This document shows, in pieces, positions 22,762 through 36,634 of a DNA stretch of 64,000 nucleotides (within the stretch, counting starts at the first letter, position 1; each line of letters begins with the position of its first letter). Where the stretch lies: assembly GCA_010405405.1 (NCBI GenBank), contig MU004245.1, positions 189,256 through 253,255 of the forward strand, written 5' to 3'. The position numbers and the translations under genes are program-made. Under the pieces are notes generated by a model. The model saw nothing but the letters and a program-made list of their open reading frames with translations. It was not told where the DNA came from and searched no databases. The stretch is from Microthyrium microscopicum. Lineage: Eukaryota.

Positions 22762-24656
22762 ATGCCTATGTGGGAAGAGCACGCGTATACGCGCAAGGAT
22801 GAGAATGGCAATATCATGACCCTCGAGGAGTATGAGGCCCTCAACCCTCCAAAGGCTTTCTCCTGGGCCGACTTCAAGCTCTACATGATCTGTGGTATTG
22901 GCTTCATGTTGGACTCCTACGATCTTTTCATTGTCAATCTCGCCTCTCCTCTTTGGGCCTACGAATTCTTCACACCAGCCGGCAAAAAGCCAACGGTTCC
23001 AGCTCCAACCATTCCCTTCCTCCTCCGTGGTGCCGTCAATGCTGCCGCCAACATTGGTAACGTTATCGGCCAAATTTCCTTTGGCTTCATGGGCGATCTT
23101 TTCGGCCGCAAGTTCGTCTATGGCAAGGAGTTGATTATTGCCATCGTTGGCATAATCATGATCATTTCACTTCCAGTCAATGGCTCCAAAGGCCTCAAGA
23201 CTGGCGTACAAAAGATGTGGTGGCTGTTTGGCTTCCGTATGCTTCTTGGAAGTAAGTTTCTCCTTATTCATATCACTTTCGTCCTGCTTTCGAGTTATTC
23301 AAATCAGCATTCGCGCTTTTTTGTGTGTCATGAATTTGTAAATTCGACGTTTGATTTGCATTTGCACGTACAATTTTTGAAAATATGCTAACATTTTTGC
23401 AGTTGGTATTGGAGGAGACTACCCAATGTCCGCTGCAATCGTCGCTGAACGATCAACTATTGCCAATCGCGGTCGTATGTTGGGCTGGATCTTCAGTAAT
23501 CAGGGATGGGTACGTGATACAAGCATCCATTTACTTTGGAAAATCGTCTAACATATTTCAGGGTACTTTAACAGCTTCTATCGTCACCTGCATTCTTCTA
23601 CCCATCTGGAAGCATTCCCTCACGGCCGGCAAGTTCAGCTCTATCGATGGAATCTGGAGAACACAGATTGGCTTGGCTCTCATTCCATGCTTTGCCCTCC
23701 TATATTTCCGTCTCACCATGCCGGAATCCAAGAAGTTCACCCAAAGTGTTGAGCTTTCCAACGTTGCTAATGCTTCCCTCAACACCTCGACTGCTTCCAT
23801 CAACGAGAAAGCTCTCAAGACCCACACGGGTGAGGACATCTCGCACGATCGCCGTATCTCTATTGTTGAGGCACATGCTGTCGCGCCACCAAAGAACGTC
23901 CAAATGAAGGCCTTTATCGAGTACTTCAGCCACCCTCGTCACGCCCTCACTCTTTTCGGATGCGCTTTCTCGTGGTTCTTGGTCGATGTCGCTTTCTACG
24001 GTATCAATCTAAACCAGTCTATTATCCTCGCCGATATTGGCTACGCCACTGGCAAGACCCCTTACCAATATCTCCTCCACAACGCCGAAGGTAACTTGAT
24101 CATCGCGGTTGCCGGATATGTGCCAGGATACTTCCTGACCATTGCATTCATCGAGTTGCTCGGCCGAAAATGGATCCAGATCCAAGGTTTCCTCGTCACC
24201 GCCCTCATGTTCGCTATCCTCGCTGGTGGTAATACCCACATTGGATCCGGCGGACGATTTGCTTGCATCATCATTACACAGCTATTCTTCAACTTCGGCC
24301 CCAACGCCACTACATTCATCATTCCCGGTGAAGTGTTCCCATCGCGTGTACGTGGTCTTGCCCACGGATTCTGCGCTGCCATCGGCAAACTCGGTGCCAT
24401 TCTATCTGGTATCGGCTTCAACTACTGGTCCCAAACCGATCACAAGAAGTATCCCGGATCCATCGGTCTCCCCGGTGTGCTCTGGATCTTCTTCGCCATG
24501 GAATTGCTCGGTGCCGTCGTCACATACTTCTGCGTCCCAGAGACCCGAGGCATTGACTCTGATGCGATTGATTATGAGGAGTGCCAAGCTCGTGTTCACC
24601 ATGGACACCACAACGGCAATGGAAATGGTGTACACGAGGCTGAAGTTACACAGTAA
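22762..24656 (+). CDS. Second Pho84-family inorganic phosphate transporter (MFS)
   Basis: [86 protein letters not shown]. Introns about 23252-23402 and 23510-23561. Confidence 0.9.
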
Positions 24657-25439
24657 AGTTTGTCAAGCGTATGATATGTTTTGCAGGGGCATTACGTCAA
24701 GGTCACTTTTGTCTAGAAGCTTATTTAAAATGATACCCTTCAGTTGCTTCTAGGCACGTCCTTGATGTCAGGCTTTGGTGGTTGCAGCATTGTTTTAATT
24801 GTTAATGTACTATGTTAATATTTTGAGAGCGGCTCATGATAGCCTGTATAAACGGAGCTTTTTAGTGTATCTTTAACACTCACTGTAGACTTGAAATCTA
24901 TCATTCGAAAGAAACTTTAATTGTACTCTTCGTGATGATTGAACGGTTGTGTTTGGCGAAGCTAGAAGTCCTTCCTTGTCTTCAGAACGCCATAGAGTAG
25001 AGTAACATGATCGGTATCCTTATCTTCACGGAAGCGAATTGAACACTTGCAAAGCTCAGCTGAATAGAACTAGAGGCACTGTTTCTTGTACTTGTATCTA
25101 TCTCCTCCTGAACCATCTTCATGAACTTCCAAACATTCGAGCAAGCTCTTATTTTCTCATCAAGTCAACAACCTTTTACGAATCCATTTAGCTGCTCAGA
25201 TATTTAGATGGGACTCGCATTGAAATGAAACCAGTAGTAATCCCTGGCCGTTATTTATCAGGAATCAGGGTCACCAGTGGCTCAAGAATTGCGTTGCCTG
25301 AAATACGAAGGCTGCGCCCCCTACTCGACGTCAACTTCACAAACCGATTGCTTCTTCCTATGTACTTTTGAACGTTACTAAACGCTAATAAGATGCCTTT
25401 GTATCCTTTCTGATTTTCAAGTCCGATCATTAATGGGCA

Positions 25440-27184
25440 ATGTCATCCACGCATTCTTGTGACCCGCTACTCACCTCCCAAGATGATGAGTTCGATGGCG
25501 AGTTGACTCCACCAAGCAGTTCGTCTGGCTCAATATCCTCTGCTTTCCAATGGCTACACAGTGCAGAAAGTAGAATTACTCCTGCAGCAGTTGAAAGAGA
25601 AAGGGCTCTCACCTCTTATACAGACTCGATAAGCTCGACACCACCTCTTTCAGCGACAGAATGGCAGTCCGATACCTTATCAGAAACTTCCGAAGCGCAT
25701 CTCCTCTTAGATGATGATCCGACTGGACACTTCAGTAGAGTTGAGACTGCACCGGCTATCTCGAGCTCTTTCTTAACTTACCCCTATGAGAAAGACCCAC
25801 CACCTCAATCTCACAAACCGAATGCCTTTGTGCCGTATACAGATGACACACCTACCACACCGAAAGATATCAAGATCAAGGTACAGCAGAAAGAACCAAC
25901 GCTACCTGATGGCGAACGATGCAAAACTTCATCGCACTCTTGTTACCAAGTCGTTATTGTTATTGCTTTCGTTGCCATATTTACGTTCTCTACAGTTGCA
26001 ACCTTCCTAGCGGTCCAGAGAGGACGTTCTGGAATGTTTTTTGGCTGTCGAACGACCGATTTTGTTTCAAGAAACTACCAGATGCAAACGCCGGAGCACT
26101 TTGATTTCAGCCAAAGTAAACAACAAAATAGTGGCCTACCTCGTCGGTTCTCAGGTACTGTGCGGGTACTTACTGGTCCTCGGAATCAAAAAGATGATCT
26201 CAATGTCAGCATCACTTCAACCGTATCGGACTTATGGGGTCAGAATATCGTCGCCGGCTGGCGACCGTCAAGATTCAGCTCTTGCGCAGAAGCTTCTTTA
26301 TACTTCCGTCCAGGTCTCGAAATTTCCAGCTTCAAGGTTGCGGCTCAAAAGCTGAACCTTATACTATCATCCGACCTGTTGATCACAGACAAAACCACCA
26401 TCTCCCTTAACAACGGAGTCATAGTCTCTCAGAAATTCCCTTCCTCACGAGAAATCTACATAGACACCAAAAGCACCAGAATAAGTGGAACGTTCAAACT
26501 CCTGGATCTCCTATCCATCAAAACAGCTTCAGGATCCCTATCTATTGACATCAATGCCCAAAATGCCCTTAAAGGGCCCTACAAGCCAGCCGTGCTAAAT
26601 ATAGAGTCGAAGTCCGGAGCAGTTGATATCAAATATCCAGGACGAGCAAGCACGATTCCTGACCGCGAATACCATTCAACCATCGTCGTACGCTCCGGAT
26701 CAGTTCGTGGCAGACTCATTCATGGCAAGAAAACCGTCATCGACATAAAATCAGGTAATCTAAACCTTCAAATACTTCCCTATGCCGCTCAGCGGGGATC
26801 CTCCGCTTTGACTACGAAGATGGCGTCCGGATTCTCTAGGATCACAGTACTGCAGCCTACGATTGGCGCTATCAGGAATATGCATAGTTCTCATAGTGCG
26901 AAATCTGGACGTCTAGAGCTTAGATATCCTGATGAATGGCAGGGACAGATTGTAGGTACTGCGAAAAGTGGCAGTATCAGTCTTAAAGGTAAGCATTTGA
27001 AAGCCGAATCCCCTGGATTGGCTGTTGATCGTTTTGCTAACAAATCTTAGGCATTGAACTTGACGTATACAGCCAGACGACAAAAGGCTCCAATAAACAT
27101 GTACAAGCCAGGAAAGGGCATGGGAAGAACAAGCTTGACTTTGACATTAGTAGCGGTAGTGTTGATGTTAAAATTGGCGCTTGA
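25440..27184 (+). CDS. Single-pass membrane protein with DUF4097/adhesin-like beta-repeat C-terminal region
   Basis: Disordered N-terminus, one TM segment (VVIVIAFVAIFTFSTVATFL), repeated (T/S)xSGS(L/V/I) motifs and YPDEWQGQI. Intron 26989-27050; last exon ends SSGSVDVKIGA, stop 27182-27184. Confidence 0.65.
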
Positions 27185-27218
27185 TTGTACTTCATAGTAG
27201 ACTACTGAGTCATTGCAA

Positions 27219-30195
27219 TCATTCCGTGGTCCTTGCCAGACTCTCCAATTTTGGCAGGAGATCAGGTATGCGAAATGGCTTGCTAATTGAATCGTCCATT
27301 CCGGCATCTAGAGCCTGTCGAACTTGCTCTCCACGCGCGTTCGCGCTCACTGCTAGCACAGGCACATGTGCTGTAAGTTCTCCAGAGAGCTGCAATTCTC
27401 GTATTCGACGTACACAAGTGAGACCATCCTGGGCCATGTTAGAGAGTGATTGGGACGAGATGAGGATATAACGACCTCGTGGGATACTCATAGAGTATTC
27501 TACGAGACCATTGTATTGGAGGTTCTCAGGAGAAGATGACGGTAGAACTTACCATTACGGGCATCTCAATATCCATCAAGACAATAGAGATTTTGTTGCC
27601 AGCTAAGGACTGAGTATGCCACAATTGAGTTGTTTTTAAGTACTCGAGTGCTTCCTCGCCATGGCCAGCAACATGTACATTGCAACCTAGCTTTTGAAGT
27701 TGTCTAGTGAGAACTTTTTGCTAAGGAGAAGCGTCAATTTAGGATGTCAAGTAGTTCTGCGTTCACGTACATTGACAAGATTGTCCTCAACGAGCAAGAT
27801 ACTGTAGTTTGCGGCTATGATCCTTTTTTCGATGGATAGGGTGCGATCATAGTCCGGACGTCTCAATCCCATGATCGTAGTCAAGCTCGGTGGCGTAGCG
27901 ATTTTTACGCCAATGTAAAAGGCAAAAGTCGATCCAACACCGGCCTCTGAGTGAACACCTATACAGCCACTCTGGAGCTCGGTTAGAGATTTGGAGATGA
28001 ATAGTCCTAATCCTGAGCCTCCATACTGAACATGCGTTCGAGGCGTTGCCTGGCTGAAGCGAGCGAATAGTTTGCCCTGTTCTTCCTCAGTGAGTCCACA
28101 ACCCGTATCTTGTACTGTCAGCCAAATGTAGGCAGTCGGCCCGTGGCCCCATTCCTCCTCGTTCATGTAGGTTGTAGAGACCGTGCGAGTGGCAGCAAAT
28201 GTGATGCCGTTCCACTTCTCTGGCAATATTTCGAGTGAAGCGCCGAGAGTGACATATATTTGCTTCACTGGGCGATCCCGGGAGAATTTGATGGCATTAG
28301 TGAGTAAGTTCAGTAAGATCTGAATGATGTCAGCTTGATAGTCATGTGTAAAATGTCTAGATCATCGTATCACGAACTTGAAGTAACCTTGAGGGATCCA
28401 TAAACACCCATTCTGCGCCATTTGAAGAGAGACTCTGATCCTCACGGAATCTAAGCTCGATTTCTTCTTTTGAACACTCCAGCTCACACATTCTTACTGC
28501 ATCAGCTACCACTATTGCCGGCTTGACCTTCATCGGTGAAATCTGTATAAGGTTTGAGTCAAGTTTGCTCAACGTCAAAACATCGTCAATAATTCTCTTC
28601 TGGTGCATTGAGCAGGACACAATCGTTTGTAAGGCTTCTAAGCAAGAAAGAATCTCCTTGTTAAGTCTCATATGGGCCTTGTTTAATTTGTCAGGGAGTA
28701 ACTCTGCTATCAGCGCAGATATATCCGTGAGGCCTTGAATAGAAGAATCGGCAGATTGTATAACTGCGGATAATGGATTCCGCATTTCGTGGGAGGTCAT
28801 GTCGATGAAGCTGTTATGTGAGAATCAGCGACTCCTAAATTGGAATTTAAGTACTTACTTTTCTTGCTGACGCTTAGCTTCGAGCGCCTCTTCAACTCTA
28901 GTCCTCTGCACATCTTCAGCCCATTTGAAGCGCGTGATGTCTGTCATAGTGCCTAGGATAGAAACAATATTTCCCTCGGCATCACACTCTGGATACGACG
29001 AGCCTTGAGCCCAAACTTGTCTAGTATTCCCCTCGCCGTCCTTCCATTTTTTCTGCAGTCGGAACATGGTTTGGGCGGGCTTTTTATCTTCGAGAAGTAC
29101 TTTCCATGCGGCTTCTACGATAGGCAGATCCTCGGGATATACAAGAGAGGAATAATCCACCTCCGAAGGCTCAGTTTGAGGACGGCCTGTCAGCTCAAAG
29201 AACTGATTATTGCAATACTGCATGCCTTTTGTTGGATCGAAGATATAAATACCCACGGGAGCAAGTTCAGCAAATCGTGCGAACTTTTGCTCGCTCGTGC
29301 GGGCGCGCTGGAGGGCTTCCGCCTGTTGTATAGCATCTCGTTGAACCTTTTTCTGGGCACTGATATCAATTGTATTACCGGCAATGGATGTAACGGTGCC
29401 TTCATCATCGATGACTGGAACACAGGCAGAAAGTACCCACTGAAATTGTTCTTCATCGCTCGCCCCGGGCTTTCCAAATCCTGGAGCCTTCCACCGCATC
29501 TCGAAAGTTACAGGTGTTCCTTGAGATAGCGAGTTCCACTGGCTCATTACTAGTGGAATGTCCGGAGGGTAGACCAAATCCATAAAGCTGAAATCTACAT
29601 GTGTCTCTCTATCGGTGGGATGGAGACTCAACTTGTACCATGACCGATTTGCTCTCATCAAAATACCACTGGGATGATATTCAAATACACCCACATCACT
29701 CATATCCATCATGCGCTGCATAGATTCGAGCCTCGTAGGAATCAGCCTTTCATCCCTTGACTGGACGGCTGCAGTGGCACTTTCATCCACGACGTTCGGA
29801 CGTTCAGATGACCGTTTGGTCAACACCTCAGTTCCTTGTATACCATGCTCCAATGTAATGTCGGCGACATCCGCGTCGTGTTTCTTTTGAGCACGAATCA
29901 CCTTCCAGCGTCCTTGGATGGAGAAGGCGGTCCATGTTTGTCCTCCAAAATTGTACGTCTCGCGCCAATTCAGGACCGCTTGCGCCCAGGCGCGGAACTG
30001 TAGAGAAGCGCTAGCATCTGCTGTAATGAGGTTCTCGAGCCCTTGAATCGAACTGAATGCTTTATTGCGCACGAGTATGCCGAATTCGATACACTCTGTC
30101 AAGCTGATTGATGTGAGAAATGTGGGAATCGGGTCGGCGTCTAGGAAATGAGCGAACTCTGGCGCTGGAGAGTCTGAAAGCGCGCCCACGGCCAT
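27219..30195 (-). CDS. Hybrid sensor histidine kinase (PAS-PAS-HisKA-HATPase-REC), cytoplasmic
   Basis: Two PAS/PAC regions; H-box FIDMTSHEMRNPL; N-box LLNLLTNAIKF; VQDTGCG and GGSGLGLFIS; receiver ILLVEDNLVN, LMDIEMPVM-DG and SISKPF. Four introns. Confidence 0.92.
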
Positions 30196-30939
30196 CGACC
30201 CGCGTTATTATAGGCAGCGCGGTGCGGGTGAGACGCGATTGGCGTTGTCTTTTTCGGAATTAGGAGAGGAATCTGTGGTATAGGGAGATCAAGAGAATAC
30301 AAAGAAATGAATATCATACATAGGCGCGGGAAAAATAGGTGCAGGAATGCGAACTGATTCTAGGAGGTAGATCTCAGCCAAAACTCCACAGGTATTGGCG
30401 CATGCACTTGCGCCATCTACTCTAAGACCCGAAACTCATCGGGGTATACTCCGTGGCAATGATGACCGGCTATAGGTCGTCCATTGGACGCGACCTTCAG
30501 AAGGCACCACTGGTAGCGCAATCAGGAGGCAACCGACGACCGTTACTGGTTGCTACAGACGCCAGACTCCAGAGTAGTCTGTAACTTTGTGCCTTTATGC
30601 CATTGCCATCGGGAGTGGAACAACATATTGTATTGTGCGGCATAAAACTACTTCCGTGAATCATTAGGCCTGAAAGCATTACTGTTTTAAGACTTAAAAA
30701 TAAACTGTGGATTTATTCCGCGAGGTGACGTCAATCACCGCTCCTGTATGTTTCCACAAAATATGTGCCAATGTACTAAGTGGCTGGATTAAATGATTTG
30801 TCCGTGCGAATAGACACAAGTAACCTCTAGGTTCGTGGTTATTGTGGATGCAATAGCGATGCTGCAAGGCCATCATATGCAAGGTCGTGAAAATCGTCTA
30901 ATCATACAAGATATAATTATAAAGAGTCCCGACTCCCGA

Positions 30940-33900
30940 CTATCCTAAAGAATCACCGCCATCCTCAAACAAATCTTTGATCAATCCATCAACACAGTCC
31001 TCAACATCGGGCGCGATCATTCCATAAGTAGCTTCAAAGGAAAGTATGCTCAACTGTCCAAAGAAAGGACGCAGGATACGAACTGCTAGGTCTTCTTTCT
31101 GCATGGCTCGAAGGTCAGCTACGTCCATGGTGGCAGAATTGAGCAACGAGTTCATCACTAGGCGGCGCTTTTGTCCTGTGGCTGTCGAGATTATGTTCTG
31201 AGGAGTTGCAAGCATATCACCTGCATCGGGTTCAGCGGTTATAGCAGCAATATTCTCGGCAAGACTGTCTACGAGCGCGACTGGCGTGAAGTGTTCTGGT
31301 CGATAGACCGCATCGATAGAGTCTGTAATGTATAGCCATTCGTGTAGTTGGAAATCATCGAGATCTAAAGTTGTGAGAGTGTCGAGAACTTTGCACGCTT
31401 GAATGACTGATGCGTTGGAGTATTTCTCGTAGTCTGGGTTTTCGGGTAAGACTGATGATAGTGATGTTTGAAGCTCAGAGTTGACAATGGGCCACAAAGG
31501 CGCAAGATGAATTGGTGACATGCGAAGAAACAGTGCTCTTATCAGCATAAATAAATCAGCCCTTGTCGCAGCGCTGGGAGAAGACGTAGACGTTGCATCC
31601 AGAAGTTCCCCAATCTTCTCGAGGATACTTGAAATGTTCTGAGCAAAGGTATCAACTGGACAGGCTAACAATAGCAACGCAACTCGTCTGAGGTTTAGTT
31701 GAGCTCTGCGATCAGCTTCATTTCTCGCCGATGTTGCCCCAACCCCGAATACGATTCCTGCTGTTGTTGGAGCCGTCAATCTGGACAGTAATTCTGGCAT
31801 TCTGTCCTTGTCGCTTTGGGCGAAAGACTGCAGAATTGGCAGCCAAGAGTCTTTGATGAGTTGCATTGGCATTGCAAAGAATCTTGCATCGTTTAGTGCA
31901 TCCAGAACATCCTTCTTCCAGAGTTTCGCAGCATTTGGGATCTTTGTGAGGTGCTGAAGGACAGATAAGAAGTTATCATTCATGTTTGCAGGAAATCCTC
32001 TTCCTCGTAAAGTCGGCCCAGTCACATTGGCAGTTATGCTGTTGACTGCACTCAGAACCCGATCGTTTTCGCCAAGAACCAGTTTGAGTTGAGGGAGAAC
32101 AGCAGCCAATGCAGCAAGAACATCAACACTTCTGCTGACTCTTGAGCCATTTGCTTGGCCCTTTTTGGAAGATGTCTGAGAGGGCTCTTGTAAGAAACCC
32201 ATTGGTCTGGTGGTAAATGTGGCAGTGAGTAGTCTCGAAAACAAGTCCTATTGAGCAGGTCAGCAAAGCTTCTAGAATGCTTAAAAGGAATACAAACCCC
32301 AAGCTCTTTTCTCATCCTGCGCTGTTCTCCGAAATTGGTGTTCTCTACCTTTTCGGCCAACAAAGCAGCGAAGATGAGAAGAGAAGGCAGTATTTGGCTA
32401 TGAGGTAATGGATTTGCTAGAACATCTCGCAGGAACGCAGCACAGTCATTCCAAATTTCATCCATAGCATCGTCATCAACTGTTTTGGTGTAGTCAATGA
32501 GGAAAGCAATCAAATCTTGATCACGTAGCTCGCATGTTAAACTGGACTGCTTCGCAGGATCCAACGCATTGGGGTTTGTGCGGCTATATATTGCGTTGAA
32601 GATCGCCGGTATTGTGAGTTTTGGCTTCGATCCATTGAGAACATTCATTATCCCGAGAACTGAACTTTGCTGGAAATTGTGAACCGATGATCTGGCCCAA
32701 AGCATTGCTAGTGTTTCCATACACTCAAGTGTTTCTGCGGCGAAGAGGTGTTCAAGTAGTCGGCGGGCTCGATTTCGCATCCTGAGGGACGTATAGCTGT
32801 ATGAAGCTAACGAAGAAATGTCCTGCTTATCCTCTGCGCCTGTGCCCCAGCACCAGATACTGAAGCATGTTCGCACAGCGTCTTGAAAACAGAGCAAAAC
32901 TGTCAGCCGACTATTGGCAACGGCGCTTCTCGATGGCTTTTCAGCATCAGCTGCAAACACCCCTTGAACCATGTTTCCGAAAAATCCTTGAGGCTGATCG
33001 GGAGACTTTGGATGTGGAGTTTTGCCTTCATCGCCCAGAAGACGATCGTGCGCACTTGCAAGTATGTGCTCAAGACCATTCAATAGACCGATGAGAGTTG
33101 GCTCAGGAGATGTTTGCGAGTTGGCCTCTACACTTTGATACGTCGACTTCATCTGATTGAATATAAGTGTAATTTGAGAACATAAGCACTCCACCAATGG
33201 TATCAGGTTTTGGAAAATTGTATCAGAGAATATAGGCAGAACCTCAATGAGAAACAGGACCCAACTCTCAATGTTGATACGAGAGGATCTCGATTGAAAA
33301 CCGGCCTTCAAACAGTCAATGACCAACCGCTGTGATTTTGAGCTTGCACTTTCTGTACGAAGCTTTGAGACCTCGTGTGTACCGGTAGACTTTGGCAGTG
33401 GCGCAAAAAAGTCTTTGGATGCTTTCCGAGCATGAGTTGGTGATAAGAGAGCGGCTGCACTAGGTGAGTACTGAATTTTGAGTGCTGCCACGATGGTCTG
33501 TAACAAGAGTGGCTGTTCAAAAGCATCAGCAGTCTCTATAGTTGAGTAGAGAAGTTGAAGTAGATGAGTATCAAGGTTCAAAGCAGTCAGTGGAACAGCG
33601 TATGGTCCGCTTAATAGCGTCATAGCCAGCTCGAGAGATAGTCGGCGAAGATCCTTCAATTTACAGCTTTCTGACTCCACTGACGCTTGTAAAGCCTTCA
33701 TGCTTAGCTGAACAAGTAGCACTTGCAATGTAATGGAGACATCTTTCTCCGGTGAGCTTTCCAGTGGAACAACGAACTCGCCTGCGAGTGTCAGCCAAGT
33801 ATTTTCGGAAGCATTGTTGATTATCCGCAACAATTGACGAAAGTAATATACAGCTTGTGGAAGATTTGGATTGCTGTTTTCGAGCGCACCGGTTTCCTCA

Positions 33901-36634
33901 TCACTATTTGCAACAACTTTATTGTTCAAGAGCATCCGAAGCGAATCCGTTAGTATTAAGAATACCCTTGACAGCGCTGGCATCTCTTGAAGCCAGTTCT
34001 TGACAAAAGCACTGACTTCTGTTCCTTCCTCCTCCAAACGATCAAGGAGCAGGAAGAGCGGTCTAGTGAGAACATTTGACGGGTCTGTCGGGACGAGAAA
34101 CTGTCCCAACGATGACACAGTGCTGCTTGATCGCCTGATTGAGCCCTTTGGCCCTTTATCGGTAGTTGAAGACTTCTCCAGAGTAGAATGCGTCCATAAT
34201 ATGGCAAAGCGGCGAGCTGCGTCAGCCGACACCTTACTTTTCTCCTCAAGCATCTTCTTCGAAAGGATAGTCGAAATCGCAGCTTCGACCAGTTTACTGC
34301 GTGGATCAATGCTTTCTAGCTGCCAGATGCAGCGTACAGCTTCGACATGATGCTTCGAATTGAATGGATTTAAATGACCCCATAGGTGTTCGGCCAGGAC
34401 ATTCTGCATTGTGAGTATTTCGTGACGATTATACGAGAACTTTGTTTTTGAAGTCGATTGTATCGTCACAAGAATGGCCGTGATGGAAGCGACAACTCTA
34501 AATCCAATTGGAGTTTGCTTGCCACTGGAATTTTGATCCAAAATGGATTTAAAAGAGTTGAGGATGGACTGTTGATGTAAGAATGCATTTGCATCAGGAA
34601 CCTTGAGTACCAAGCCACAAATCGTTTTAGTCAGGACTTCGGTGGTGGAAATCGCAGTTGAATGTGGGAACAAATCGAGAAGTAATCCAACAGCCTCTCG
34701 GAGCACATAAAGACCAAGATCGATTTTCAAAAACGGAGTCGTTAGGCCTTCTAGGCTGCCTTGCTGTTCATCGTAGTACCTGTTTATGCGTTTGATGATT
34801 TCCATACCCTGGATAGAAAGGTCTGGCTTTCTGTGGTCATCCCTCGTCTTCTCAGTAGTAGAAAAGGCTCTAGAAGGAACAAGCGAAAGGAGTTTCTCCA
34901 CTATCTCAAGGGCTTCAGTAATGACATACTCATTGCCACGTATCGAGCTTGTAGCTAAGCAGTTTCGAAGTTGCCCGAGCAAGTACAAAGCTGAATAAGG
35001 AATGTGTTGCAGTATCATTTCCTCTTCGCGAATGTTGAAACGGAAAACGATGAATGTACATAGATCTATCGCATTATTTTGCCCTAGGTGAGAGCCACTA
35101 TGGGGCATGGAAAAGGCGTCATCTACGAGCTTATTGAACTTGGCCCAGATCAAGCTGCTTTCAACTCCGTCGAAGAAGTTGCTAGCACTCTTGATGACTT
35201 CGTCCGCTGCAGATTTCTCTGCAGACTGACTGAAATCCAAAGCGCTCTTAACTGCTGGAATCAGGATATCTGGGATCAAAAGTCCACCGACCTCCCATCT
35301 ATCCATTAGAGACAAGCAGAGTCGGAAAGGCTTCGCTCTTTCGGCAGCATATGTACTCTTTGAGTTGAACATGGTTTTCATACCCCTGGTCAACGCACGA
35401 AGGCCGTATTTGGCAAAGTAGGCAGCATGTCGAGATGACTCAACGTCCACTGACCTCAGACTGGGTGTTATTGGCGTCTCTGGATCAGGGTCTTCTTTCG
35501 CATCAGGTCCTAGTAGCCAAGTCCACAGCCGTCTGTTCAGACTCATATCTCGACGTCCAACTACACCAGTAGCCGCGAAAACGAGTCTGTCCAAGTCTGC
35601 TTGAGGGACGGTCTTTTGGATAACAAAGGAGTTTAGAGGCAAATGAGTAACCAAAATATCCAGAAATCCTCGCTGCACCAGTATTTGGGAGTCAGAGAGG
35701 CCAGCAGCTAGGCATCGAACGAGAAGACCAGGCTCTGGTGAAAGCGCTGCTCTCGCAGCTGCGGAGAGACTTCCCAGGCCAATCTCATCTTCCGCAGGAG
35801 AGCTGGCATCGCCAAATTTCGGCAACTCTCTGACCAAATAGGATAGAGCTCCTTGTCTACGAGAAGGATTTGTTATGCAGGCTAGGAAATAGCTCTGCCA
35901 GAAGTAGGAATCCTGAGATGAATCGCCCGCCAGATCGTCTTCAACATTTCGCCTGGCAGCGATTCGAAACTTGTTAATCAGCTGAATCCACTTCTCGTGA
36001 TCATCACTGCTTTCATCTTCTAGCCCGGGAAGTATGCATAGGATAATGGCTTTCAGCGGAGCTCGAAGCGCGGATGGACTAAGGTGGAGAAAATGCTTTT
36101 CCAAAAGCTTATAAAACTCGGGTCGCACAGCAAGGGATGCGAATGAGAGGACAGAGGTCAAACCAGGAAGATAAAGATGCAACTCTTTTTCCAAATTGGC
36201 TTGGCCAAGAGACGCGAAAATGTAACTGTATACGTCCAATGCCTTGCGATGAACACCGGGTGGAAGCGTGGGATTGAGGCCTTGCGCTAAACGAGTAGAG
36301 ATGGTAAAGCTGTCTGGGACAGTATGTAAATCTGGAGGACGAGCCTGAAGAGCCTTCAGCAATCGTGCAAGAAATGCTATATAATCGGCCCATTTCTCTT
36401 GTTGTGCGCCTTCGAAGGATGCCAGGGCTCGTTCAATGGCATTGGCGTACCGACGATATGCTTTATCTTTTGGGTTGACTCCTATATGTTATTGTTAGTC
36501 AAGCTCAAACTTTTGAGATGTGCGCAGAGCGTACCATCTTGGGGGTGTTGACGCGACACTCTTAGAACAGGGGAATGACGGCCTGAGCTCGCCGGCGAAG
36601 AAGGTCGAAAGCCTGCGCCGGATTCAGCAGACAT
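30940..36634 (-). CDS. DOP1: Dopey family protein (endosome-Golgi trafficking, morphogenesis)
   Basis: KDKAYRRYANAIERALASFE..EWADYIAFLARLLKALQ; RLAQGLNPTLPPGVHRKALDVY; RRDMSLNRRLWTWLLG; C-terminal QACKVLDTL..DDFQLHEWLYITD. Introns near 36482-36534 and 32248-32297. Confidence 0.92.
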
